DNA of 64,000 nt, from the IMG/VR virus record IMGVR_UViG_3300029959_001566; one strand, given 5' to 3'. The notes below the pieces were generated by a model. The model was not told the DNA's origin, did not search any database, and saw only the letters and a program-made list of their open reading frames with translations. Of this stretch, positions 1 through 8,223 are shown piece by piece (the first letter of the stretch is position 1; the number at the start of each line of letters is the position of its first letter). The stretch is from a virus. The position numbers and the translations under genes were made by a program.

Positions 1-1
1 G

Positions 2-166
2 GCCTGAAGGCCCGTACTGGCCCTGGCCGTTGTCTGCGATGACGATCTCACCATTGAAGCCATCTGGATGGTCCAGTATGGCCCGGATCAGTGATTTGAC
101 TAAATCGGTGTTTGTCCCGCCGCGCTCGTCCCACTGGCAGTTGACCTTGATAATCGCGCAAAAGAA
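2..166 (-). pseudogene. 3' part of a host DUF362-family (Fe-S-associated) gene, 5' end missing
   Basis: Minus frame reads IIKVNCQWDERGGTNTDLVKSLIRAILDHPDGFNGEIVIADNGQGQYG, which I recognise as DUF362-like; in-frame TAG at 167-169 with no start codon before the conserved block. Confidence 0.65.
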
Positions 167-238
167 CTAGTTCAATGGCAGGCTTTTTATCCTTTGGATA
201 CATATCTACCTCTTGCATTGTGACTTCTCACCAGAAGA

Positions 239-406
239 TCAATGCTTGGCGATGGGCTTCTTAGCCCGTCGCGAAACTACAAGATCGTTCAGGGCAACAT
301 CCACTGCATGGCTCAGGTTGCGGAACTCTTTTGAGTCGCTCACCAAATCCACGACCTCCCGATACGTGTTTTCATCGATGCTAACCGAGATTTTCTTAGA
401 TGTCAT
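239..406 (-). CDS. Ribbon-helix-helix (CopG/MetJ-like) regulator, 55 aa (not in ORF track)
   Basis: Own translation MTSKKISVSIDENTYREVVDLVSDSKEFRNLSHAVDVALNDLV...: alternating beta strand then two helices; divergent from the early operon. Confidence 0.75.
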   Translation of the reverse strand: MTSKKISVSIDENTYREVVDLVSDSKEFRNLSHAVDVALNDLVVSRRAKKPIAKH

Positions 407-491
407 AAGTTATGATAGAGTCTTCCTGGGTATTAAACTTTCCTACCGCATACTACCATAAGCTTTATTACTTAGTGGTATAACATACTAC

Positions 492-755
492 TTGGTGAGA
501 AGCACAATGCAGCAGATTTATAATGAAAGTGATATCGGGAGAGAGGTTCGAACAGGCAAGCAGGTCTTCACAGTTGTCAGCAACCTGAACGGCGGAGTCA
601 AGCTGGTCAGAAAGTGCAGCCGCAAGCACGCAGCCAGCAAGCAGGCCAGGTTCCTGGCGATGGAGGCCGAAGCTGCCGAGAGAAGCTTCAAGCGCAACCA
701 GGACATGCACAAATTGACAGTGAACGATCTTCTAATATGCAAGGAAGTGGCCTGA
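492..755 (+). CDS. Hypothetical protein (start may be ATG 507)
   Basis: First gene of a tightly packed + strand operon. Confidence 0.6.
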   Translation: MVRSTMQQIYNESDIGREVRTGKQVFTVVSNLNGGVKLVRKCSRKHAASKQARFLAMEAEAAERSFKRNQDMHKLTVNDLLICKEVA

Positions 756-756
756 A

Positions 757-975
757 ATGGCCTCTTCTCTTTCTTCAGCAGCGGGCTTAAAGCCCGAAGA
801 GCATCTTGGCTGGAAGCGCCTCATCACTCAGGCCCTGGCATGGCATCGCTTCGAGGTTGTTTATATGCAGAATGGCGAGATGCGCACGGGCTTTACGTTT
901 GGTGAGGATCTTCCGGCTGCAGCAGTGCATCTGAAAGAACAGGGAATCGAAGTGATAGGGTTACAGGTGACATAG
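757..975 (+). CDS. Hypothetical protein
   Basis: Packed between neighbours with 1-3 nt gaps. Confidence 0.65.
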   Translation: MASSLSSAAGLKPEEHLGWKRLITQALAWHRFEVVYMQNGEMRTGFTFGEDLPAAAVHLKEQGIEVIGLQVT

Positions 976-978
976 AAA

Positions 979-1599
979 ATGCAGGCTCCAGCCATCGCTA
1001 AAAAGCTCCTCGAAGTCATGAGAGACTGTGCATACATCCAGAAAGACGGCACAAACGACTTTCACAGATACAGATACGTAAGCGCGGCTCATATCATGGA
1101 GCGGGTCAACGAGTCCCTGGTAAAGCACGGCCTGGCCACGGCCCTGGAAGAGGTTGAGGTGGTCAGCCAGGTAGAGAAGGCCAACAGCAAGGGCAGCATA
1201 GATATCCTGGTCACTGTCAGAGTCCACATCAAGATTATCGACGTGGACACAGGCGAGGTCCTGGTGATCAAGGGCCTGGGATCTGGGCAGGACCCGGCAG
1301 ATAAGGGCATAGCAAAGGCTCAGACGCAGGCCTTGAAGATAGCCTGGATGAGCACGCTCGCCATATCGACCGGAGAAGACCCAGAGGCCGATGAGAGGAC
1401 GGATGCCGAGAGCGAGGCTGATAAGAAGCTGGGTACCTGTGAGAGGCTGAAGCGAGAAATCCAGGAGAAGGCAAAGGCCAAAGGGATTGGACCGGAGGAG
1501 CTCATGAAGATCATCTCCAGGAAGTTCAGGGCCGGGGGCATGGGAGATCTGACAGAGGCTCAGAAGAGAGACCTTCTGGAAGCATTGGAGGCATATTGA
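979..1599 (+). CDS. ERF-family single-strand annealing recombinase
   Basis: FHRYRYVSAAHI...GSGQDPADKGIAKAQTQALK...ISTGEDPEAD match ERF motifs. Confidence 0.85.
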   Translation: MQAPAIAKKLLEVMRDCAYIQKDGTNDFHRYRYVSAAHIMERVNESLVKHGLATALEEVEVVSQVEKANSKGSIDILVTVRVHIKIIDVDTGEVLVIKGLGSGQDPADKGIAKAQTQALKIAWMSTLAISTGEDPEADERTDAESEADKKLGTCERLKREIQEKAKAKGIGPEELMKIISRKFRAGGMGDLTEAQKRDLLEALEAY

Positions 1600-2048
1600 G
1601 GATATCAAGAGCAGACCAAAGAATTCTGTACCGTGGATTCATATCAGAGATGCTAGGAAGGCCTCTCAGAAACGACGAAGACGTGCATCATATAAACGGC
1701 AATCATGACGACGATAGGCCGGAGAACCTCATGGTGATGTTTCATAAGGAACATTTCGAGCACCATAGGTCAAGCGCAGTCGTCAGGCGCGGGCATCTTA
1801 AATTCAGATACCCTCTTCCGACCACGTTGAGGTATAACACGATTTGTCCCGAATGCAATTCGTATTTTATTCATGGCGGGTACGGTCTCTGTGTCGATTG
1901 TTATAGTATGGCAATGGAAGGCGAATATCTAAAGTCGATGCGGGGGATGATAGCGATAGATGAAGGGGGTGCGATATTCGTTTTTGGGCGCAAGCCCAAA
2001 TCGTTATCTCGGGAACGTGTAAACCATTTACCTCCTCAGCAGCGCTAA
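1596..2048 (+). CDS. HNH endonuclease with C-terminal Cys motifs
   Basis: EDVHHINGNHDDDRPENL..H..H; CPEC/CVDC. Confidence 0.8.
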   Translation: MRISRADQRILYRGFISEMLGRPLRNDEDVHHINGNHDDDRPENLMVMFHKEHFEHHRSSAVVRRGHLKFRYPLPTTLRYNTICPECNSYFIHGGYGLCVDCYSMAMEGEYLKSMRGMIAIDEGGAIFVFGRKPKSLSRERVNHLPPQQR

Positions 2049-2099
2049 CCCCATCCCTTCACATTTCTATTAAATCATGTCTTGGAAGATGCGAGTATA

Positions 2100-2619
2100 T
2101 GGTACTACTGAAGGGCAACTATTCGGAATTACCGAATAGTTCAAGTTTTTTCAAATGATTACTGCCCTTCTCACCGCATCGACTCTCTCGGGACTTCTTT
2201 TTGGGCGGCAGGACCTTTATTTTCATAGAAAATTGTATATACTGCTCGGACTCATCAAGGCATGGCTATTTCCTGAATGGACAGAGGTTCGACTCCTCGG
2301 GCAGGCAGCCGTAAACGCGGGTTCGAATCCCGTCCCGGGAACAGGGCATCCAGGATGAATCGGGCCTAAGTACACGGTCTGCCTAAAATGCGGCGAGTTT
2401 CACCGGGAGTTCGCGCCGCGTTGGGTGAGTTAAAACCCGGTGACCTGATTTCATGGCAGCCTTCAGAGTAACAGTCTGCGACGGGGGCATACGATCGCCC
2501 GGGCTTCTAGCAGCATAAGCCTTCTGATTGGTAGTAATAGATTGCCATATCCATTGGTGGCATATGTGGTACTACCAAAGGGCAACTGTTAGGAATCGCC
2601 GAATAGTTCAAGTTTTTTC
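2100..2619 (+). repeat. Two-copy 53-bp direct repeat (2100-2152, 2567-2619), each a hairpin plus T-tract
   Basis: 47/53 identical; copy 1 has a perfect 10-bp stem AACTATTCGG/CCGAATAGTT followed by T6. Confidence 0.85.
2242..2340 (+). ncRNA. Degenerate tRNA-like element(s) with two tandem T-arms
   Basis: GAGG-TTCGACT-CCTC (2284-2298) and GCGGG-TTCGAAT-CCCGT (2317-2333); CTGCTC/GGGCAG acceptor-like stem; too short for a canonical tRNA. Confidence 0.45.
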
Positions 2620-2767
2620 CGAGGTTACCAGAGGCTCTATAAGCCCGGATCTCTCTCCGGCTGGCATGATATTGCCTGGGCAGAGGAGATCTTGGAGCTA
2701 CCAGCATGGCGAGGGCAACAGGGCTATGAGCAGAAGAAAGAGAAAGCTGTAGAGATAGAGCTGCAAG

Positions 2768-3181
2768 CTATTCATAGAATGCCACCTGCACGAACTCCAG
2801 GCCTTCAGCGGCATGATATAGCCCATCGACCCTAAAGTGCGCAGGCCCCTTGTATCCTGGATCGAAGAACGGTCCCTGCACGGAAATGCCCCGGAGGGTC
2901 ATATCTTTCACAGGCGAGAAGATCCCCAGACACTCACCGGGCTCCAGAATCTCAGCAGTTCTAAAGATCACTGGATGGTGAAGAGTCCACCATTTTTGAC
3001 CATCCTTCGAGGTCTTGAAGTCGCCGTATGGGCTCAAGCGGTTATCTCTAGCCTCTTCTTCGAGCGCTGGCCAGAAGACACCGCCTAAGGTCAGACGAAC
3101 GCTTTTAGGCCGGGCCTGTTCCGGCCTGGCACCTCTGACCAGGCCCCTTTCTATGATCTGATGGCCGGAAAGAAGACTCAT
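2768..3181 (-). CDS. dCTP deaminase/dUTPase-like trimeric-fold protein (ORF track extends it to 3343 via a probable frameshift fusion)
   Basis: MSLLSGHQII start, LEPGECL, FFDPGYKG, FVQVAF motifs. Confidence 0.7.
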   Translation of the reverse strand: MSLLSGHQIIERGLVRGARPEQARPKSVRLTLGGVFWPALEEEARDNRLSPYGDFKTSKDGQKWWTLHHPVIFRTAEILEPGECLGIFSPVKDMTLRGISVQGPFFDPGYKGPAHFRVDGLYHAAEGLEFVQVAFYE

Positions 3182-3339
3182 GGCCATCCTTCCTGCACTA
3201 TACCCCTCGCGTTCCCCCCAAACCACCCACCAAGCCAGTATAAGCCTCTCTTTCAGGCACACTGGTTCAGGCAGAAAGCGGGCCTGGAGCTTGACGCCTT
3301 CGCATTCGTAGTTATGGAAATGAGAAGCCTCTAAGATGC

Positions 3340-3660
3340 TCACGGCACCACCCGAAACTTAACCACCTTTACAACCTCATTATCATCCCAGGGCCTTTTA
3401 TTGATGGCTTCCAGGACTGCCTTATAACCCTCCAAGCTATCATAGCCTTCATTGGAGATGCTCCGCGGGCTGATATCTCCCAAGGCCTCTTCCCACCTGT
3501 CCAGGATCTCCAGGCGGGCAAAGTATTCTTTGCTGATCATCTGGGTTTTGGCGAGCTGGATAGATCCCACGTTGACCCGGAATTTCTTCCAATAGCGCCG
3601 GGTTTCTGTCTTGCGGCCCGATAGAATCGGGGCTACGTGTTCGGGTTTAAACAGAATCAT
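3340..3660 (-). CDS. ASCH-domain protein
   Basis: MILFKPEHVAPILSGRKTETRR, EGYDSLE motifs. Confidence 0.85.
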   Translation of the reverse strand: MILFKPEHVAPILSGRKTETRRYWKKFRVNVGSIQLAKTQMISKEYFARLEILDRWEEALGDISPRSISNEGYDSLEGYKAVLEAINKRPWDDNEVVKVVKFRVVP

Positions 3661-3878
3661 GGCATAGCCTCGGGTAGCCAATATACTGAAGGAATAGGGC
3701 CGCCATGCCTCATTTTTGTCTTATCTTTTTTGCTCTTAGCTCCAAGTGTCTTGACTAGGATCCTTGCGGCATGGGGCCTGAAAGGAGGGGCGGCTTTGGC
3801 CGCTATTTCGTTTATGGTCATGGCCTGCGCTTCTGTGGCGGGTATGGCCTTTCGAATTAGCTCATCACGCGACTTCAC
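3657..3878 (-). CDS. Small putative winged-helix protein
   Basis: AMTINEIAAK helix pattern, C-terminal VYWL wing; 4-nt overlaps with both neighbours. Confidence 0.5.
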   Translation of the reverse strand: MKSRDELIRKAIPATEAQAMTINEIAAKAAPPFRPHAARILVKTLGAKSKKDKTKMRHGGPIPSVYWLPEAMP

Positions 3879-4591
3879 AGCATCGCCTCTGGTATCTGCT
3901 GCAGTAGCTCCCTATTCTTTGGCGGCCAATGATCCAGGCAGAGCTTTAGCGCATTGTCTTTTATAAAAAATGGAATGCCTTGGGCAGCGGCCATCGCAGC
4001 AAGGCGGTTTACCCACGATGACTTCGGTATAATCTTATCCTTTCTATTACCAGACTCTGCACCGACTATTGCCCATTGGATGCCTGATAGATCGATCCCC
4101 TCGAGATCCTCAAGCAATGGCTCAAAGCTCACAAACAGTCGATCAGTCCATGCCCCAGAATCGAGGCTTCTTATCCTCCAGGCGTCTTCCTGGCAGGTCA
4201 CGGACACGCCAAACCACATGTTTCTGGGCATGGGCCCTATCATTTCGCCTAAGATCTCTGACATCCTGTCAGGCCTCTTGGTCAGCACCAGGAAAGTATG
4301 GTCTGGCTTGTGTCGAACTGCGTCTATAATTGCCCATACCTGTTCACGATTTACACCAGGGCTGAACCAATCACCCATCGAAGAGAGGAACACTCTCTTG
4401 CCTTTTCCTTTGAGGCCGTAAATGGCGGCCAGCTTGTCGAAGTGGAATGTCGGCTTGAAAGGGTCATCTTTGGGGTAGCCATATCTGCCCTTAAGCCTGT
4501 ATGCCATCTTCCTGGCATAGCAATATTCGCAGCCCTGAGTGCAGCCTGTCAGGGGGTTCACGGTGTCTGTACACCAGCCAATTTTATTCAT
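3875..4591 (-). CDS. DUF5131 / phage Gp37Gp68-family radical-SAM-like protein
   Basis: NPLTGCTQGCEYCYA (CxxxCxxC), VFLSSMGDWF, LTKRPDR, FVSFEPLL, WAIVGAESG. Confidence 0.9.
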   Translation of the reverse strand: MNKIGWCTDTVNPLTGCTQGCEYCYARKMAYRLKGRYGYPKDDPFKPTFHFDKLAAIYGLKGKGKRVFLSSMGDWFSPGVNREQVWAIIDAVRHKPDHTFLVLTKRPDRMSEILGEMIGPMPRNMWFGVSVTCQEDAWRIRSLDSGAWTDRLFVSFEPLLEDLEGIDLSGIQWAIVGAESGNRKDKIIPKSSWVNRLAAMAAAQGIPFFIKDNALKLCLDHWPPKNRELLQQIPEAML

Positions 4592-5304
4592 TCCGTGTTA
4601 TCCTCCCCATGCCCCAGGTGATAGGAGAGTTCTCCTCTAGCGGCATCGATCATATACCACTGACCACTCTTATCCTGTGCAAAGTCCACCGACCAGAATC
4701 CCGGAACGAGACGTGAAAAGACTTCAGCCAGGGCTGTGAGATACCCCACTTCATTAGGCATCTCTTCATTCAGCCTTGATAGATGCTCTTTCCAGTCTGG
4801 ATAATCAGGTTTCTCTATGGCCCCCTCTGGCCAATACGGGTGCCTACACTGGACCTTACCATCCTCCACGAAAAAACGTCTCTCTCTGGATATGGGGAGC
4901 TCTCCATCAAAGGCTTTGAATCGGGAGTACAGGGGCAGGAGTTCCCTGAAGACAAGGGCCCGTGGTGCTGGCAAGAATCGCATGAGCTGCCAGTTCACCA
5001 GGGCAGCCACGTGCCCCACGAGCTTATCCTCAGATTCTACATAGCACGTGTCTTTCCAGTCATGCTTCGCGCTGCCCTGGTCAGTTCTGAGGAATAAAGG
5101 ATACCCGATCCGGGCGGCAGACTCTTTGATCTGAGAATACAATGCATCTGAAATCATGACACCGTCCAGGAGGTTCATTGCCTCGATGGATTCCTCGGGG
5201 GTTAGATTGAGGATGATGGTCTTAGGGACTGGTAGTATATCTTTTATTTTTGGAAACCAGGTAGGCAGGGCTGATTCTATCTGGAGATTAGTTAATGCGA
5301 TCAT
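4588..5304 (-). CDS. ATP-grasp (R2K/D123-like) protein; likely start ATG 5304 rather than 5571
   Basis: PLFLRTDQGSAKHDW, ERRFFVEDG, WSVDFA..WYMIDAARG. Confidence 0.7.
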   Translation of the reverse strand: MIALTNLQIESALPTWFPKIKDILPVPKTIILNLTPEESIEAMNLLDGVMISDALYSQIKESAARIGYPLFLRTDQGSAKHDWKDTCYVESEDKLVGHVAALVNWQLMRFLPAPRALVFRELLPLYSRFKAFDGELPISRERRFFVEDGKVQCRHPYWPEGAIEKPDYPDWKEHLSRLNEEMPNEVGYLTALAEVFSRLVPGFWSVDFAQDKSGQWYMIDAARGELSYHLGHGEDNTE

Positions 5305-5613
5305 AAGAATCTCTGTTCTATATGCGGTCAAAGTATTTAGTGTTAGCTGAGGTAGAGCATAGCGTTTTATGCTAAAATCTTGGGTATTTTGCTTGTCATG
5401 CGGCACGGCGCTGCATAGCGTCTTATGTATCGAGTGCCCCCTCCAAGTACATGCAGAATTACATAAGACACGGTGGCGCAGCGTGGTGATTGTATGCTGA
5501 GACCAATTTGTTGGCGTCAACGAAATGATGGGGCATAGCGATAATAGCATTTGCGTGTCGTGGAAAGGCACTTGATGGCACGCAAATGGTGCTGAAGGAT
5601 GTATTGAAAAGAG

Positions 5614-5982
5614 TTAAGAGTTAGTGTCCCACAGCTTACAGGTGCCCTTGACAAGTTGCCTTGTAACATCCCTTTTGATATCACGTGAGAGCATACAGGC
5701 CCACCTGGCCACAACATGCCTGGCAATGAATACGATTGGGCGCAGCAGTGCGTTCGTGGCCTTGACGGCAGGAGAACGCTTGGCTGAGAAGAACGTTGCC
5801 AGCTCGGCCAGGAAGAACGCCAGTACAGCAGCAATGCTTACTTCGTAAGACAATCCCAGCCCCAGGCAGATCCAGACGATAACACCGCCTATCAAGGACA
5901 GTACGAATGCGTATATGCCATATGCTATCATGCACAGTGCAACGATGCGCAAGGATATCGCATTGTTCTTCTCATGTTTCAT
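5614..5982 (-). CDS. Membrane protein
   Basis: 2-3 hydrophobic segments. Confidence 0.65.
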   Translation of the reverse strand: MKHEKNNAISLRIVALCMIAYGIYAFVLSLIGGVIVWICLGLGLSYEVSIAAVLAFFLAELATFFSAKRSPAVKATNALLRPIVFIARHVVARWACMLSRDIKRDVTRQLVKGTCKLWDTNS

Positions 5983-6021
5983 CTGGTATCACCTCTCAGT
6001 CAAATCATTAGCGTTCTGTAT

Positions 6022-6339
6022 TTAACTCTTTTCCGGTTCGCTCTGGATTATATCCCGGACTTCTTTGGCCATGGTGGAGACAAACAGGACAGCAAAGAAC
6101 AAGTATATAATGACATATATAGCCCCAGATAGCTTCAATATCACCTGGATCGCGGTCTCATCTCCTGCTCCGAGATAGTTGATTCCTACGACCAGTGCGT
6201 GAGTAAAACATGCCATGACCAGGACAATGATCAAGTCCGGCGCTAGAAGCGCTATTATTATGCCCGCCATGTATAACTTAATCCTGACTATCAGCCAGAA
6301 CTTGTTCCACAGATTTGGCGAGGGCATGAGTTTGGGCAT
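6022..6339 (-). CDS. Membrane protein
   Basis: Three hydrophobic segments. Confidence 0.7.
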   Translation of the reverse strand: MPKLMPSPNLWNKFWLIVRIKLYMAGIIIALLAPDLIIVLVMACFTHALVVGINYLGAGDETAIQVILKLSGAIYVIIYLFFAVLFVSTMAKEVRDIIQSEPEKS

Positions 6340-6491
6340 TGGCTGGCTGGAATATAATTCTATCTAGCCAGGGCTTGGCATTGCCGGAGTGGCAGCCCAA
6401 AATTATTTCTCCTCATCTCCTCAACGGGCTTGGCCGGAGCATCGGAGATTTGATATTTGAAAAAATTTGCTAATAGGCAGAATATCAATTA

Positions 6492-6611
6492 TCAACTCAT
6501 CATTTTGTTATGATGCTCCATTCTTCTACGCCTTGCCAGTTCCTCCTCAGTGGGTTTTTTCGGCTTCTTGTCTTGTGCATCCACATCGTCTTTCTTGTTT
6601 TCTTCTGTCAT
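6492..6611 (-). CDS. 39-aa charged peptide (not in ORF track)
   Basis: MTEENKKDDVDAQDKKPKKPTEEELARRRRMEHHNKMMS with a GAGG RBS-like sequence upstream. Confidence 0.45.
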   Translation of the reverse strand: MTEENKKDDVDAQDKKPKKPTEEELARRRRMEHHNKMMS

Positions 6612-6722
6612 GCATCCTCACTATTATTGCTTAAGTCTGCGCGCCATCAGACGAAAAGGCTTTTGGTATCCAAAAGATAGGCTTACCAAAATTATTTCTC
6701 CTCACCTTCTTAATGCTCATTC

Positions 6723-7259
6723 ATGAAGCTCTTGTATATCGGGCTATTGTGCCTGCTGACGATCGTCCCAGCATCGGCAACGACAGTAGAGCAGCGAATT
6801 GGACCTTATGACGTTATCTTTGACCTCACAAACACGTCCTTGATGCTAAACTCATCGGCCAGCTATTGGGATGACAGCAATCCAGACATGGCTTATGGCG
6901 AGGTCTACATTGTTCCGAAAAATCATCCCTCGCTCATGGTGGCCAGTATCAGGATAATGCATAGCGAACTGGGCGTGCAGCTGTACCTGGACTATCTGGA
7001 AGACAGTCTCAGAGACGAGGGCTATGATGATGCGCAGGCTTATACCAGGACCATTGATGGAGACAGTTCGGGCTATTTAGCAACAGCTAAAAACACGACG
7101 ACGGGACGGGTCAAAAACCTTGCAGGGTACCGGCTGGATGGGAAGACCATTGTTGATATTACGAGCTTTCTGTCCGCAGAGGGCGAGATGAGGGATCTAT
7201 TAGACACGATTCACGTGGCAGAAGCTAAGAGCGAGGATGGGCTTGACAGGATACGATGA
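6723..7259 (+). CDS. Secreted protein with signal peptide (GPYDVxF motif)
   Basis: N-terminal K + hydrophobic stretch + ASA cleavage site; resembles 54829..55452. Confidence 0.75.
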   Translation: MKLLYIGLLCLLTIVPASATTVEQRIGPYDVIFDLTNTSLMLNSSASYWDDSNPDMAYGEVYIVPKNHPSLMVASIRIMHSELGVQLYLDYLEDSLRDEGYDDAQAYTRTIDGDSSGYLATAKNTTTGRVKNLAGYRLDGKTIVDITSFLSAEGEMRDLLDTIHVAEAKSEDGLDRIR

Positions 7260-7315
7260 AAACGTGTTCGTATGCTGTTTTCCCAGTGGCAACATCTAAA
7301 AAGATGAATGAATGC

Positions 7316-8206
7316 TCAAACGCATTGGGTTTGAATCAGTGCCGAGACTATCATCCCAATGGCATCGATATGGGCAGATCTGTCGATCAAGAAAACTCGT
7401 GCCTTGGATTCATTCTCCTTTTGGAACCTGATTCCGTCAGTGTATTTAGTAATATCAACTATTTTATTAAGCGGGTAGGTAGCATTCTTCTTTTGGCCGA
7501 CGAAAATTACTTTTTTATTTGTCACGTATAGAATTCCTGTATCGGTGACTTTTTGATAGCTCTCTCTGATAGGAGTGCCTCTGAAGCTCCCTGTCCTAAA
7601 TGTAACGCCTTTCGCTACTCGAAAGCTGACTCCGCTACTACTACCCACATAACGCGTTTTTGATAGTTCCTCTAGCAGTTGTGCAGGTATAGCAAAATGA
7701 CACACTTCGCCCCCTTTAAGCAGGATATTGACCTGTATAGTTGGAAGAATGCCCTGCGCCAAGATTGTGAGCATTCTGACATCGAGAAGGTTTTGCCGCG
7801 TCTTTTCGGGCAGGTTTGCTTCGGATATTCCAAGAGATCTCAGCATCTCCTCCAGTTCCACTTCCTCGATTTGGTTTATCCAGCCTCTTGAGCAAATTTC
7901 ATTTATCTTTTGATCGCATAGAGCTAAATCAGTCTTTGCGGTCGAGAGACGCAATTTTGCTAGTTCCTTATTAGCTTCCTCGATCTCCTCGTCAGTCAGC
8001 CCAAGGTTGGTTTTAAGCTCTTGAAGAGACCGCTCTTCCTCTTTAGAGAGGTACTTATCTTTTCCAAAATATTTAACCGCATCCAGATATCGCCGGATCT
8101 TTTTATCCTTTTCAGCCTTACAGTCCGGGCACACTGTCTGAGGGCCAAAAAGCTTTCTAAGCCCAGAAGCCCCAAATTCCTTACCGCAGTTAGTACAAAG
8201 AGCCAT
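7316..8206 (-). CDS. Zn-ribbon + helical + PH-like domain moron protein
   Basis: CTNC/CPDC at N-terminus; DTGILYVTNKKVIF PH-like motif; visibly AT-richer than the flanks. Confidence 0.65.
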   Translation of the reverse strand: MALCTNCGKEFGASGLRKLFGPQTVCPDCKAEKDKKIRRYLDAVKYFGKDKYLSKEEERSLQELKTNLGLTDEEIEEANKELAKLRLSTAKTDLALCDQKINEICSRGWINQIEEVELEEMLRSLGISEANLPEKTRQNLLDVRMLTILAQGILPTIQVNILLKGGEVCHFAIPAQLLEELSKTRYVGSSSGVSFRVAKGVTFRTGSFRGTPIRESYQKVTDTGILYVTNKKVIFVGQKKNATYPLNKIVDITKYTDGIRFQKENESKARVFLIDRSAHIDAIGMIVSALIQTQCV

Positions 8207-8223
8207 TCATCAAGCCCCCCTTA

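Noticed and set aside
2242-2305. Canonical tRNA-Arg(CCT) gene
   Set aside because: About 63 nt, 4-bp T-stem, weak D-stem, no U8; kept only as tRNA-like.
2100-2619. CRISPR mini-array
   Set aside because: Only two 53-bp copies separated by 414 bp; no cas genes; dimensions do not fit.
2340-2700. Known self-cleaving ribozyme (HDV, twister, pistol, hammerhead)
   Set aside because: Could not place the required P3/L3, CUGAUGA/GAAA or pseudoknot consensus elements.
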